Positions 1 to 13,365 of a stretch of DNA of 64,000 bases are shown here, piece after piece (the first letter of the stretch is position 1; each line of letters opens with the position of its first letter). The stretch is from Eledone cirrhosa. Lineage: Eukaryota. The notes below the pieces were generated by a model. It was given only the letters and a program-made list of their open reading frames with translations. It did not search any database and was not told the DNA's origin. Where the stretch lies: assembly GCA_964016885.1 (NCBI GenBank), contig OZ024746.1, positions 53,506,001 through 53,570,000 of the forward strand, read 5' to 3'. The translations under genes were made by a program, and so were the position numbers.

Positions 1-274
1 TTGTCAGGGCATTCTTCTAGAAGGTAACTCAGGAAACTGGCATAACTCCGATATAAAACCTACGGCTCAGTAGTTACCGATGATGTTGATCTTTTCTTCT
101 TTTCGGGTTATAACTACTGTCGCTCAGACAGTGGGATTGGCTCAGTGCACAGTCTTTCCTCACTTTAACAAAAATATTCACGCACAGGCATTGCACGATA
201 GCATTAGTTAGTAATTATTAATAATGTTATATCGTGCAATGGCCATACTCGATAACGAGAGGGCAGCCATCATG
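1..274 (+). mobile_element. Non-autonomous bipartite RTE derivative (5'UTR fused to 3' tail), family A; cut by the window edge
   Basis: 1-200 aligns by eye with 37462-37662 (5' region of the RTE). 230-274 (tatcgtgcaatggccatactcgataacgagagggcagccatcatg) matches the RTE 3' end at 41287-41296 plus 41562-41604. No ORF lies between the two parts. Confidence 0.8.
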
Positions 275-524
275 TATGTATGTAAGCATGAATGAATCTG
301 TGTTTTGATTTATCCATATATGTATACATATATATCTATATATATTCTAGGTTTATTATTTTGTAAATTTGCTAATAAAGAAATCATTATTTTATAAATT
401 TTTACCAACAGAGAGCCAGTTTTTAACATAGATACAAGACTCCTTCATTGGAATTTAGTCAACATCAATTAGGTAAATATGTCTGTGTTTGTGTGTGTAG
501 ATGTATGGATGTTATTTCGTCTAC

Positions 525-860
525 GTGGCTCAGTGGTTGGAGCATTGTTCATGCAATCATGAGGTTGCGAGTTCAATTCTTGGACCCAGAGATGCATTGT
601 CTTTGAGCAAGGCACTTTATTTCATGTTGCTCTAGTTCACCCAGCTGTAGAAATAGGTTGTAATGTCACTGGTGCCAAGCTGTATCAACCTTTGCCTTTC
701 CCTTGGATATCATTGGTGTCGTGGAGAGGGAAGACTAGCATGCATGGGTGACTGCTGGTTTTCCACAAACAACCTTTCCTAGATTTGTGTCTCCGAAGGG
801 GAACTTTCTAGGCACAAATCCCATAGTCATTTGTGACTGAAAGGGCTTTAAAAGGACCTG
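525..860 (+). mobile_element. tRNA-derived SINE, family S1
   Basis: A box gtggctcagtggttgg, B box gttcaattc, then the family motif tgtctttgagcaaggcactttatttcatgttgct also seen at 1294, 5522, 15176 and 24357. Confidence 0.8.
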
Positions 861-904
861 TATGAGTACATGTACATATTTCTGTATCTATACGTGTGTG
901 TATG

Positions 905-2100
905 TTATTAGATGCTAAATTTCTGAAATGTTTTACGTTTCTTTCCAATTCCATTAATGGACAGTACTTGCAACTTCCTAACTGTTATTTCTGGTTCTGT
1001 GAAACCCACCTTCTCAAGATTTGTACCGAGGCAGTTAATAACATACCCAAGTGCCCTAATGACCAGAGGTACAAATCTAAAGGTGTAATCAGGGAGGAAT
1101 ATCTGTAGATACCTCATTAGTTCAGCATAAATATTCCCCCTTTTTGCTAAATGTTTAACATTATATTAATATCTGCTGGACATGCATATTTTTTCTATCC
1201 CATATCACTGAATTGTTTATGTTAACATAACAAACAATTGTGAAACATTCCACTGATACTTTTTCATATTATGTGTGCCCTCAATATCGCTGTGAAGGTG
1301 CATGGCTTAGTGGTTAGAGCATTGGGCTTGCAATCGAAAGGTTGTGAGTTCAATTCTCGAAACGGGTGATGTGTTGTTTCCTTGAGCAAGACACTTTATT
1401 TCACGTTGTTCCAGTTTACTCAGCTGAAGAAATGAGATGATAGGACTGGGGTCCCTATCATTAATTCACCCAAGGCACCTCCAACGAGATATGCCTTGTC
1501 ACACACAACATCGCTGTGACAATTTATATTTTCATCGTCAGTACTTTTTTTTCGATAGATTGTATTGTATAGTGTTTTGGTCATTACATCATACCTCATA
1601 GACAGATAGTAGTGTGATGACATCTTTGGACAGTTGCTTACGATGTGAGGACATCCTTGATGTTTATTCCACAGTATCTGCATGTGTTTGTTTTGCTTGC
1701 ATTCCTATGCCTTTTGTGCATCAGGTGTTCCATTATTATTGCTGTTCTTAGATTGCAAAACTTATCCTTCAAAGTGAGAATTAATATACTGGTTACTGGG
1801 CTAAGATAGACAGCTTTGCTTATCTAGATTGCTTTTACTTTGAAGATTTCTGGCAGCAGAGCTATGCATAACTTCTGATAAGCGTGGTTTTCATCCATGG
1901 TTTCCTTGCGGTATTACTTCGCAATTTGCCTGGGTGTGTGTTTTTGGTTATCAAGCAGGGAATATTTATCAAGAAGTTCCTTACCAACTTTCATGATGTT
2001 ATCTATCTGCCTTGTGTAGACAGACTTGTTCTGGGAATGGGCTTCTATGCTTGGTAGTTAGATGTTCTCAGAAGGATATGATGTCTCATTTAGGTTCTCT
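905..2100 (-). pseudogene. Degenerate R4/Dong-like (REL-endonuclease) non-LTR retrotransposon, C-terminal part, interrupted by a SINE
   Basis: ORF 1420-1683 contains HIVSNCPKMSSHYYLSMRYDV (second half of a CCHC knuckle plus an RHD-like motif). ORF 908-1117 (PDYTFRFVPLVIRALG...LEKVGF...RKLQVLSING) resembles the end of a restriction-like endonuclease domain. Many stops and frameshifts. Confidence 0.6.
1294..1432 (+). mobile_element. SINE S1 head inserted in the R4-like relic
   Basis: gaaggtgcatggcttagtggttagagc...gttcaattc...cttgagcaagacactttatttcacgttg. Confidence 0.8.
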
Positions 2101-2108
2101 GTGGCTCC

Positions 2109-2111
<3 letters not shown>

Positions 2112-2196
<85 letters not shown>
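2112..2196. repeat. (GT)n microsatellite
   Basis: Pure tg run. Confidence 0.98.
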
Positions 2197-2201
<5 letters not shown>

Positions 2202-2227
2202 TACGTATATACATCAGACCCCTTTGA

Positions 2228-2475
2228 TCACGAATGACCATGTGATTTGCACCTAGGTTTCCCTCTGAGGCACAAGTCCGGGCAAGCCTCCCCTCTCCAC
2301 GCCACCGATGATGTCTAAGGGAAAGGCTATGGCATCAGTGACGTCGCAAGTCTTTTTTACTGCTGTGTAAACTGGAGCAACGTGTCTTGCTCAAAGACAT
2401 CGCATCACCGGTTCGAGAATCAAATTCACCACCTTTCGATTGCAATGCTCTAACCACTAAGCCATGAGCCTTCAC
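2228..2475 (-). mobile_element. SINE S1, reverse orientation
   Basis: Reverse complement of the 525-860 motifs (taaccactaagccatgagccttc; gtgtcttgctcaaagaca; cctcccctctccacgccaccgatgat). Confidence 0.75.
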
Positions 2476-2784
2476 ATATATATATATAGACATATATATA
2501 TATATTATGCTTTACCTAATATTACATCATGGTTGACTATACGTAAATGACCAGTTCTATCCAACGGTGAACAACCATACTTAAATGCATGCATGTATGT
2601 ATGTATGGTGAGCTATTCTTCGCTTAGTTTTCCTCTGAACCCCCAGCCTTTTTAATTCTAACATTGAACTGGTTATCTTTTAAAGCAAAACACGTGGGCT
2701 GTTGAAGTTAGACGTCGTCTTGATTGTGATACCAACACAAGTCAATTGGTTCGAATTCCCTGGCTTATTCATCTCTAAGATAAT

Positions 2785-2883
2785 GTTTACTGATGAGGGT
2801 GAACTGTCTTAATTTACTGATTAAATATTTTAATTATGGTAATTATTGTTTGTTTCTTTGTCACCCGAAACCACGGTATAAGC
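2785..2883 (+). ncRNA. Type I hammerhead ribozyme motif (PLE pLTR relic)
   Basis: gttta-CTGATGA(2790)-gggtga...tcaccc-GAAA(2867)-ccacgg-TA-taagc. Stems I, II and a minimal III pair; long AT-rich loop II. Confidence 0.75.
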
Positions 2884-3204
2884 AAAATTAATTGGATTTA
2901 CTACTTATAATGTAAGTAAAATTGCGTTTACTTTAAAGCGTATTTTTGCTTACTATAATTTATTTTACTAGATATAAATATTTTATCGATCGAGACAATT
3001 TATTTCGATTTATATGTATATATATTGCTATGTGTACTTAATGACTTGTAATTACAATGTCCTTATTAACCAAGTCTGGTGGTGTTGTGACAGTTACTTA
3101 TATAGCCACGTACTTCCAATAGTTATAGGAATATGTTTGCATGCATGTGAGTATGTATGTACATGTGTGTATGTGTATGCATGTGTCTATGTATGCCCCA
3201 AAGG

Positions 3205-3782
3205 TGTGATGCTATTGTGGTTTGCTGGTGGTCGTCGTTGTGATTGCTGTAGCGATGGTAGTGATCTGGTACTTATGTATAAGTGATGGAGGTAGTGCTG
3301 GTAATAGTAGTTGTAGTGGTTGTGATACAGTAGTGATGTGTCAGGGGGTAGTGCTGGTAATAGTAGTTGTAGTGGTTGTGATACGGTAGTAATGATGGTT
3401 GTAATGCAGTAGTGGTGTTGGCGGTAGTGTGATAAAATAAAGTTGTAATAATTGTTTCTACTTTTGGCACAAGGCCAGCAATTATCCCAGTGTATTACTG
3501 GTACTTTATTTTATCGACCCTGTAAGGATGAAAGGCAAAGTTATAATGATTATAGTAGGGGCAATGATATGGTAGTAGTGATGATGAAGGTAGTAGTAGT
3601 AGTAGTAGTAGCAGTGCTGGTAATAGAAGCTGTAAGGGTAATTGTGGTGATGGTGGAGGTAGTGAGCATGATATGGTGTAGAGATGGTTTTAATAGTGGT
3701 AGCGGTAGTTGTGATGGTGGTGGTAGTAGTACAAGTGATTTTATATAGTAGTAGTATCAGTAGTAGTAGTGGTAGTAGTATC

Positions 3783-3813
<31 letters not shown>

Positions 3814-4075
3814 ATGGTAGCGGTAGTTGTAAAGGTAATGGTGGTGGTAGTTCAAGTGATTTATGTAGTAGTAGTAGTATCAGCAGCAATACTAGTAGTA
3901 TTGGTAGTATCAGTAGCAACAGTAGTAGTAGTAGCAGTAGTAGTAGTGTAGTAGTATAGTAGTAGTAGTAGTAGTAGCAGCAGTAGTAGTATTAGTAGTA
4001 GCAGCAGTAGTAGTATTAGTAGTAGCAGCAGTAGTAGTATTAGTAGTAGCAGCAGTAGTAGTAGTAGTAGTAGTC
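3205..4075. repeat. (GTA)n/(GTG)n degenerate trinucleotide tract containing a SINE S2 fragment (3448-3543, minus)
   Basis: Poly-Val, poly-Ser and poly-Thr pseudo-ORFs. 3448-3543 matches the S2 copy at 9610-9700. Confidence 0.9.
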
Positions 4076-4267
4076 TTGTTGTGGTATATTAGAAAGTAAA
4101 GCAGAGCGAAGATGAACTTACCGAGATCGCTTCGTAGCTGGATCTTTCATCACCATTGCCTCTTTAATCTCGCCAAACTTGCCAAAATACTCCCTGAGGC
4201 CATCTGTTGGGGGAGAGACGGATTATTCTATTATCGAAGTTGCTATAGAAGTGTGTTTGTGTGTGTA

Positions 4268-4299
4268 GACATGCATACACACACACACACATGCAATCT

Positions 4300-4375
<76 letters not shown>

Positions 4376-4384
4376 TTTATACAT

Positions 4385-4425
<41 letters not shown>

Positions 4426-4427
4426 TA

Positions 4428-4483
<56 letters not shown>

Positions 4484-4605
4484 TATATATATATATACAT
4501 ATATACATATATATATACACATATGCACACATATATACACGCATACATACATACATACATACATACATACATACATACATACATACATACATACATACAT
4601 ACATA
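4268..4605. repeat. Compound (CA)n/(TA)n/(TACA)n microsatellite
   Basis: Direct reading. Confidence 0.97.
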
Positions 4606-5093
4606 AGGTTAACTTGATGAATAATCGCGAAATTTGAAATTATGGTATCTTGCCCAAAACACAACGCGCCATGAGATCAACATCCGAAACACTGGGTCGT
4701 GGTATTGCTCAATAATTTAACGTGCTATGACTCCAACGAACTAACTACAAACGATTTAATTTATCCCTTTACTAATGAAATACCCTGCCAATTTGTTTCA
4801 ATTAGCTGTGAAAAAAAGATTGAATGAAATTAAAGGTTTTAATATACATATAAACACTTCAAAAGGGAATAGTTTTCTATCATAAAAAAAAAACATGGGC
4901 GGTTCCAAGTGGGTTGGTAACAGAAACGGTCAGTATACTTGTAAAACATGCACTCATGCATACATACACAGAGGTCAGAACAGAAGTGAAGGATTAAATG
5001 GAACAGTTATGGCGCCATGAATTTTACTGTAAAGTGGCTCCAGTGTTAAGTTTAGTTACTTTCTTACTGTTGTTTTTAAATACGTCATGTGCA

Positions 5094-5166
<73 letters not shown>

Positions 5167-5170
5167 CACA

Positions 5171-5489
5171 CAGTTGTCCCCGATATTCGCTGGGAATACG
5201 TTTCTACGGCACCCGAGAGAAGAAACGCGAATATCGCACGTGGTCCATAAAAATGCCTATAAACGTCAAAATATAGCGTAAAATATAATGAAAAAGAAGA
5301 GGAGCGTCTTATGCGAAGGGGCGGCCAATAGGCCGTCAAATACGGTATATTGTGATTAATAATTAAGCGCTAACTTTTATTGCCACGAAAAAAAGCAATA
5401 AAAACCGCGGAGGATATTTACTATTCCCCGAATTTAGGTAAAACGGAAAATACCGTGAATATCGAAACCGCGAATACTGGGGTAAACTG
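5171..5489. mobile_element. Tc1/mariner-pogo (Tigger-like) MITE
   Basis: Imperfect TIRs cagttgtccccgatattcgc / gcgaatactggggtaaactg. TA follows the right end; the left end abuts (CA)n. Confidence 0.65.
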
Positions 5490-5521
5490 TATGCATATAT
5501 ATATATATATATATATATATC

Positions 5522-5740
5522 GAAGGCGCGTGGCTGAGTGTCTAGATAATTGGATTCGCAATCGTGAGGTTGTGATTTCGATTCCCAAACCGGGCGATGC
5601 GTTATGTCCTTGGGCAAGACACTTTAATTCACGTTGCTCCTTATACCTGGAGTTGCGACCGATAGATAGTATTAGCAATTGGAAAGACCCATGGAAACAT
5701 TGTTTCCTCGGTCCGATTTGACGAAAGTCGATCGACTGTA
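5522..5740 (+). mobile_element. SINE S1 head fused to a roughly 100-bp module
   Basis: tRNA-like head at 5522-5640, then cctggagttgcgaccgatagatag...tttgacgaaagtcgatcg. The same fusion occurs inverted at 62743-62885 and the module alone at 12160-12235. Confidence 0.75.
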
Positions 5741-6254
5741 AAAAAATAAAATATATATATATACACGTATATTCGTCTATATGCGTGTAAACACGACCGG
5801 CGCTACAACCAAGCCAACTAGGTAGTCTTCTATGATAATCAGTAGCCAGTTGATAACATGGAAGTGATGTGTCCCTACCTTCACCACATCTTCCTCTATA
5901 ACACTGTACTTTCACTGCCATCCGCATGTTGTCATTAATATGTCCCAGATTGGATGTTGACACAGACATCAGTCTGTCTATCCGACTGTCTGTGATCCTA
6001 TCGATATATTATGTTATTATTTTACTGGTTTAGCTTAATAGATTTCAGTCGATCATTTCGACTCCAGTAGTTATTTTTTCAAGTCTGTTATTTATTTTAT
6101 CTATCTCCTTTTCTCGATCCCCTAGGTTATGAGGTATAAACACACACACACACGTGGGGGAAAAGGGAGCAGAAAACACGGAAGACAAACACAAGGATGA
6201 TTCTCTCTCATCGGCTGTCTTCTGTGGATCATAGTTTCTAATGTATTAGCGACA

Positions 6255-6289
<35 letters not shown>

Positions 6290-6608
6290 CAACAGTGACA
6301 TAAATAGATACATAAGTTTCGTTGAGTTTTTGCTCTTACCCTTGGATATTTCTACCAAAATTTTACTACAGTATATATATATATATATACGATATTAACA
6401 AATGGAAACTATATTTATAAAACCATATTTATTTCATTATACATATTTCAAGGACACCAAGTTAAATTATGGTGTGCTTTCATCAGATAAAATATAATAT
6501 AGATCAGTTTTATAAATAAATATTGACATACCCTTAAAAAATGCAACCATTACTGTTGGAAGCTCTCGGATATCATATGATGATGATATATATATATATA
6601 TATATATA

Positions 6609-7826
6609 TCATCATCATCATCGTTTAACGTCCATCTTCCACACTAGCATGGGTTTGGACGGGAGTTTTCCCACTTGAGGCAAGAGTGGTTGTCTTGCTC
6701 GAATAGGACTGTCTGGCGGGTGTTCTACGGCTGGATGCCCTTCCTAACACCAACCACGTTTACAGTGTGGACTGGGAGGTTTTTACCGTGTTATCTACAC
6801 GGCCACATTACAGCGTGGACTGTGTGTTTTTTTGTCGTGACACCTACAACGACCTCATTTGGTTCGGACTGGATGTTGTGGTACCAACATAACTTTACAT
6901 TGAAAGGGGTGGCGTGGATGGGGTGGGGTAGTGGGACGGGTTGTATTTTTGTTAGAGGTGCCTACTGACTGTAGTAGGTTTCACTTTGTACTTAGGTAAG
7001 GCGGGTCTTCAGTATTACTGTGTAGCGCCAAAGATATCGGTCCAGTGACATTGTCTTGGAGAGGTGTAAGTGTGTGAGATCGGAATTTATCAAGTCGTCC
7101 CAGGTTTTTCTGGGTCTGCCTACTCCGTGGCTACCGTCTACTTTTATTGCCCTGCACTTTTTTATACAGCTGTCGTCTTTCATGCGCATCACGTGACCAT
7201 ACCAACGTAGTCTTCTCTCGAGTAAACAACATCTGATCCCTCTTATTTCTAATTTTTCCCTTAGTTCATTTATGCTTTGCCGTTCACGTATATTACTATT
7301 ACACATCCAGCGGAGCATGCAAGCTTCGTTCCTCTCCAATCTGCGTATATCCTCTGCACACAATGCCCAGGTCTCACTGCCATGTAACATTGCTGTTCGT
7401 ATGCAGGCATCATACAGCCTACCTTTCATTTTTAGAGAGAACCCTTTAGCGGCTAATAGTGGTATAAGCTCTCTGAACTTTTTCCATCCAGTTCTGACTC
7501 TAGCTACTGTACTTTCAGAGCACCCTCTAACACTGCTGATTTTGTCACCCAAGTAACGGAAGGTGTCCACTATTTTTATAGAACCATCTGTGCAATGGAA
7601 TGAGCTAGTATTCTGTGGGCACTTGCTGCTACTTATTGCACCAGAGCACCGGCCACATATAAAATCTATGTTCTTAGTTTGCTTACCTGTGATCCCACTA
7701 CATCTTTTATGCACCCATACTTTGCATTTGGGACATAAAATAGAGTTTCTACCTACTCCTTTCCTACACACTGAGCATGGCCATTTCCCGGATGGGACCG
7801 GTGCCCTATTTTCCTTCCTACAAACT
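6609..7826 (-). mobile_element. 5'-truncated RTE-clade LINE with PHD-like finger, RT C-terminus and 3'UTR
   Basis: ORF 6992-7771: [61 protein letters not shown]. 3'UTR ends ggacgttaaac(gat)n. Confidence 0.92.
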
Positions 7827-8053
7827 ATCTATATATATATATATATTAGAGCAACATATGATATATGAGACTAGAGCAAACATCACGGGCGCTCTATCTC
7901 AAAATTATTTTTGAAAAGCATTAGAAATGCGCAACCGATAAAAACTTAAAACTAAAACTGAATACTAACCAATACTTATTACTAATTTTTACTTATTCCT
8001 AATTAAACTATTTTTCAGTGGGAAAAATTCGTCAGCATTTTCTTTTCCTAATA

Positions 8054-8125
<72 letters not shown>

Positions 8126-8356
8126 AATAAAGATTCAGCGAGAATCGCATTTCGGCGGGCAGGAGAAGCGAAGCGAAACGCAAAAATCAGAAATGATACT
8201 GGCAAAGTGGTCAATAGTTAAAAACCAGAGCTAAACAATGTGTTAAGAAGCCATACAAAACTAAAAAGGTGGTCAAGAAGGCATTAACCACCCAAGCCAA
8301 AAAGCAAATCAAGCTAAACAGGTCAAAGCAAAATAAATGATAAAATATATATATAT

Positions 8357-8900
8357 AAATGGAATAGAATGAAACGAAATTTCATTTCTCACTCTTAGTA
8401 CGGCACTTACTTAAATGTAAGTATGTATACGTACATACATATATGTATACAGACGTACAGTAGTATGTATATATATACACACATGCACATATATATATAT
8501 ATGCACGTATCGGTTTACCGAACATTTATTATAATGCTCGGTTTGTTTGTTTGTAAACAAACAAACAGCCCGAATTACGCCGTACAGTGTTTAGGCAACC
8601 ACGTCACCTATTTGTTCAACACTGACACAGGAACGATGTACTAGTTTCAAGCTTATTAGCTATCGTCAGCATCGTATACCTTCCTGCCAGATGGTTGAAC
8701 GCCTGAAAGTATATACTTTCCTTATGCATATTAACGGCTGAGCAGCCTAATTTGCATATCGAGTCAGTACAGTCGGCCGGGCACACCGAAAACGATAAAT
8801 GGAATAGAATGAAACGAAATTTCATTTCTCACTCTTAGTACGGCACTTACTTAAATGTAAGTATGTATGTATGTATACGTACATACATATATGTATATAT
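8357..8900 (-). mobile_element. Retrozyme-like non-coding element, family R2 (440-nt period, about 1.2 copies)
   Basis: A block of about 90 bp is repeated at 8361 and 8801. HHR on the minus strand at 8632-8675. Flanked by (TA)n. Homologue at 18840-19404. Confidence 0.8.
8632..8675 (-). ncRNA. Minimal type I hammerhead ribozyme
   Basis: Minus strand reads acgatg-CTGACGA-t-agct-aata-agct-t-GAAA-ctag-TA-catcgt: 6-bp stem I, 4-bp stem II, palindromic CUAG at stem III. Confidence 0.85.
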
Positions 8901-9326
8901 ATCCTTCTATATCCATCTCTCTATTCTTTTTCTGCCCTTTTCTCAGTTCTTAATACTGCCCTACCCTCCAAGCCTTTGTCTCATTCTTTTGTGACTTGAC
9001 TGTCGACCTGGTCAATTCCTTTCCTTGAGTCTCTCCTATTATATTAGCTTTACAGCTATTGCTCGAACAAACTTGTATTAATTTAATCCATTTCTTCATT
9101 TCTATTCCAGTTACCCACCCACATTTGTGCTGCTTTAGATTTGGTATGTAGATATTTCTTCTTGTATTGGTTTGTGTTTATTTTGTCCAACGTCCATTGT
9201 GTTTTCATCCCGAATAGCTATCCGTGGATTCAGTTGATGCACTGGGGTGAACTGGGGGGTCATGTCTTATAAAGCATCCGAAACTATAATGATCACCAGT
9301 AGATAGCCGATGAAAAGGAAAATAAT

Positions 9327-9506
9327 TGTTTCTACGTTAGGCACAAGGCCAGCAATTACCCAGTGCATTACTGGTACTTTATTTTATCGACCCCGTAAGG
9401 ATGAAAGGCAAAGTTAACCTTGGCGGGATTTGAACTCAGAATGGCAAGGGTCGTAACTCTATACGTCAAAGCATGGCGTCCGACCCTCTACCGATACTGC
9501 CGATCC
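9327..9506 (-). mobile_element. tRNA-derived SINE, family S2
   Basis: B box (minus strand gttcaaatcc) and central motif gcctttcatccttacggggtcgataaaataaagtaccag. 11-bp TSD aggaaaataat at 9316-9326 and 9507-9517. Confidence 0.88.
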
Positions 9507-9609
9507 AGGAAAATAATGACTTCACTTGCTGTTGGTATTTTATAACAATTTAATTTAGTAATTTTTACAATTTCATAATTTTATAATTTTGCTATGGAGA
9601 TCTAATAAT

Positions 9610-9794
9610 TGTTTCTACTTTTGGCACAAGGCCATAAATTAGCCCAGTGCATTACTGGTACTTTATTTTATCGACCCCGTAAGGATGAAAGGCAAAGTTA
9701 ACCTCAGGATTTGAAATCAGATAATAAAGGGCCGTAACTCTATGCTGCAAAGCATGGCGTCAGACACTCTACCGATACTACCAATCCACCGCCC
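9610..9794 (-). mobile_element. SINE S2, full length
   Basis: 15-bp TSD tggagatctaataat at 9595-9609 and 9795-9809. Head gggcggtggattggtag. Confidence 0.9.
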
Positions 9795-11156
9795 TGGAGA
9801 TCTAATAATAAGTTCTTTGTTAACTTCGCTGTAATATTTTTTTTCTCAAATCCTGGTTAACTTTTTGGAGAAATTTCTCTCATTCGTAGGTGGCGATTGT
9901 CAAACGATATACATATATATACTTCGTTTTGGGGATATCGAGATAAAGATTATATCTATACTCTGAACACAATACTCCGACTGATTATAGAAGCTACAAA
10001 TAGAAATAAAGTTCGACCAAAATTGAATAGAAAGCATGAATGGAATAATACCAAACTCACAACAAGGCCAAATTTTTAAGATCTTCTATATGTTTCGATT
10101 CGAAGTAACCTCTATGAATTAGATACCTTACAATAATACCAACGACGTAGAAAGCATTGATGACTAAGGACAATATAGATAGACACACCAGAAAAAAAGC
10201 TAATAAGATACTTAAACAGACTGCTCTCCCCCGCCACACACGCATGCACACAGACACACATCATATGTAGAATACAAAAATCCGGATAACAACTAACTAG
10301 TGACAAGTGGGAAAGAGAGAAAATAAGAAAATAAAACAACAGTAGTCACTGAAGAAGTCACAGAATGTGTGACGAAAGGGCTTTGAAAATCAACTACTAA
10401 ACAACCGTCCGGTTATTAAACTAATTGACGGGAAATTATAATAATAAATTAAAGTGAAACTCCATGGTGCCTATGTTTCTATTGACAGCATAACTCCACC
10501 AAAAGTATAACAATAAACACACACACACACACACACATTACTCAGTAACGTGTTCCAGTCGATAGACTGAGGCCATGCTGGGGCACCTCCATTGTGTTTG
10601 TACTGTTTATATGATGCACTTAGCTGTAACATATAATTTATGCAGGTGTTACAGGCAGAACCACCCCTGGGTATTTACTTATCTAGGCAAGCTCTAAAAT
10701 GTGTGCCTTCGTCTCCCAGTTGTACTACACACTCTCCTAGCTGATGAACTTAGATTTTGTTACTTCTTCTGAGCACACTAAGGAAATTACGAAGCCTGCA
10801 TTTTCTACTTCATAGACCACACTCACCTACGCCATATCATATTACAGGTCATAACGCTATACACCCCCTCCCTTTCCCATTCCACAACTTGGGATATTTC
10901 CACAACGCTGCTACCTGACAAAAATATTTAGCGATTTATTTATTGATCGCAGGAAATTATTATATATTTAATTATACAAAATAGCGGATGGGGGTTCATG
11001 TAGAGTGTTGTAGTGAGGGAGGGGGGGGGGGCTTGGTGAAGCTAGGGACATTTGATTTTATGTTATCAACAGGCTCCTGATTACAAACTGTCCCCCCCCC
11101 ACCACACACACTATATATATATATATATAGTGTGTGTGTGTATATATATATATAGT

Positions 11157-11405
11157 GTTTTGCCACGGCAAAAAAGCACCCAGCCCACACTGTAAAGTGG
11201 ACGTGTACGCGCCACGGAAAAAGCAACCAGCACTCACTGTAAATGAGGTTGGTGTTAGGAAGGGCATCCAGCTGTAGAAATCGACCCAGAATCAGTTCCC
11301 GTATGAGCAAGGCGTGGTCAACCGACCGGACACTGCCCACAACAAGACAACCCGTTTAACCCATGCTAGCGTGGAAGAACGGACGTAAAACGGTGATGAT
11401 GATGA
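11157..11405 (+). mobile_element. RTE 3'UTR fragment (PHD-RTE family)
   Basis: Reverse complement of 29632-29826: ggtgttaggaagggcatccagctgtagaaa...ggacgtaaaacggt(gat)n. Confidence 0.85.
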
Positions 11406-11466
11406 TATATATATATTAATAAAAGATGGGAGGCCATATTGAGTTGATTCAGGTTTATTTAAAGCC

Positions 11467-11521
11467 CCGTTAGACACATTTCACCGAGGACTGTCAGTTA
11501 TAGCCTCAGCTCTTCAGACAG
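11467..11521 (-). ncRNA. Type I hammerhead motif with decayed stem III
   Basis: Minus strand reads ctgt-CTGAAGA-gctgagg...cctcggt-GAAA-tgtgtc-TA-acgg. Confidence 0.6.
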
Positions 11522-11828
11522 CAAAACTTAAAATAAACATAGAAAGTTCCTAAGAAACATTTAAATTAGGAAAAATTAAATAATTTCCACGAAATAAATG
11601 TGCTTTTCATGATACAGGGGGCCAGCCGAACACATGGTGTTGTTTCTTCAACGGCCGGCCCCAGCAGAAATATGTATATATATATATATATAGAGAGAGA
11701 GAGAATAGATAGATCCGCTTCAGGTGAAACAATTGTTCTCGGTATGGGGAACTAACTGTTGTGTTACTACTTCTACCAAACTCGTCCCATGGACTGAGTG
11801 CTCAACCACTACGGATATTACCTTCCAG

Positions 11829-11879
<51 letters not shown>

Positions 11880-12066
11880 AAACGAAGGAAGGGTGGTAAG
11901 GAACCTGATGGACCATAACGCACCAGAGTACTCAATACTTAGGGTAGTAGAGTGGGTAATAGGAAAATGTTTAACCCCGACGGCAGAGCTCAAGCCGTTT
12001 CGACGGCTATTTCTGGTCCAGAAATAGCCGTCGAAACGGCTTGAGCTCTGCCGTCGGGGTTAAACA

Positions 12067-12073
<7 letters not shown>
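11880..12073 (-). mobile_element. PLE 5' leader fragment with perfect terminal fold-back
   Basis: 11880-11965 is nearly identical to the PLE leader at 47119-47203. 56-bp arms at 11961-12016 and 12018-12073 with a 1-nt spacer. Confidence 0.85.
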
Positions 12074-12131
<58 letters not shown>

Positions 12132-13114
12132 TTTTTTTTTTTTCTTTTTTTTTCTGCAGGATTCGCAACCGGTAGATAGTATTAGCAATTGGAAAGACCA
12201 ATGGAAATATTGTTTCCTCTATCTGATTTGACGAGCCCCACTCCACACGTTAAGCGAAAGAGGTCTGGCATCTTGTCGATCAACTGCTACATATATATAT
12301 ATGTGTGGGAGTACGTGCATTTGTATGTGACTGGTGTATGCCTATCTCTATTGTGTGACTATCTATCTCCCCATCTATAGACACCCAGACAGTGATAAAT
12401 TGGTGCGCTTAATTTGCATATCAGTAAATAGATGCAGAAATATACTGGATTTACAGTAAGGCCTTGTTGTGTCAAAGCCAGACATATTACTGGAACAGCC
12501 CTTTCGACGGAATCATACATAGTTTCCACTTACACAATTCGTTAGCTTAGGTCAATCTGAAGCTATGTTAGCAGAAGTCTGTCATATGTATCCCACAGTG
12601 ACTAGAGTGTGGTCACTATTATTAAAACACCTAAGAAACTTAGGTGATGCAGTCTTTTAGTAAGCCAACTAGACCTGCGTAAGTGTGAGCTGTCTATTCC
12701 ATTAAAGTTTTCTTTACTGTGGTAACGAACTGTAGTATCTGAGCCGCACCGCCATATATGTATGTGTATATAAACATACATGCATACAAATATGCATGTG
12801 TTAGTGTATGTAAACATATATGCACATGTACACACATGCTCAAAAGACAAATATAGATAAATGTACTTTAAATATTTAGTTTATTTTAAATATTATGAGT
12901 ACGGCCTTTGCTGTAGTGTTTGCTGCGTTTTTATCAAGATTTCCACTGTATGGAATATCTCTAGTTGCTGGATTATCAAGATGGCCAATCTTGCGTGGTA
13001 GAGAGAAATATACCAAGATACTTTTAAAACGTCTAAAGTGTAACTTGGGTTACGTTTCGTAAACCTTTTGAGGAGGCAGTTGTATAATCGTGATTAACCA
13101 TGGCTTTGCACCCG

Positions 13115-13365
13115 GAAAGTATCTCTGCAGGGTGCAAGCTTGCGCAAGATGCTTTGTGGAAGACTAGCAGTCACCCATGCATGTCAGTTTCTCCTTTCCA
13201 CGATATTATTCAAGGGAAAGGCAAAGATTGCCACCAGTGTCCTTATAGTAGATTGAAGCAATGTGAAATAAAGCGTCTTGCACAAGACCAAAGCACGCTG
13301 TCCAGGCCGGTAATCGAACTCATAATTGCAAGACCAACACACTTACCCCCTAAGCCTCAAGCCAT
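13115..13365 (-). mobile_element. SINE S1, diverged, reverse orientation
   Basis: agcagtcacccatgcatg...gcaatgtgaaataaagcgtcttgcacaagac is the reverse complement of 525-860 motifs. Confidence 0.65.

Noticed and set aside
3273-3959. Ser/Val/Thr-rich ORFs resembling mucins or membrane proteins
   Set aside because: Products of the (GTA)n/(GTG)n tract.
10345-10390. HHR-like CTGAAGA-a-gtcaca..tgtgac-GAAA (and a similar motif at 22911-22946)
   Set aside because: Stem I/III or stem II pairing is weak; counted only as probable relics.
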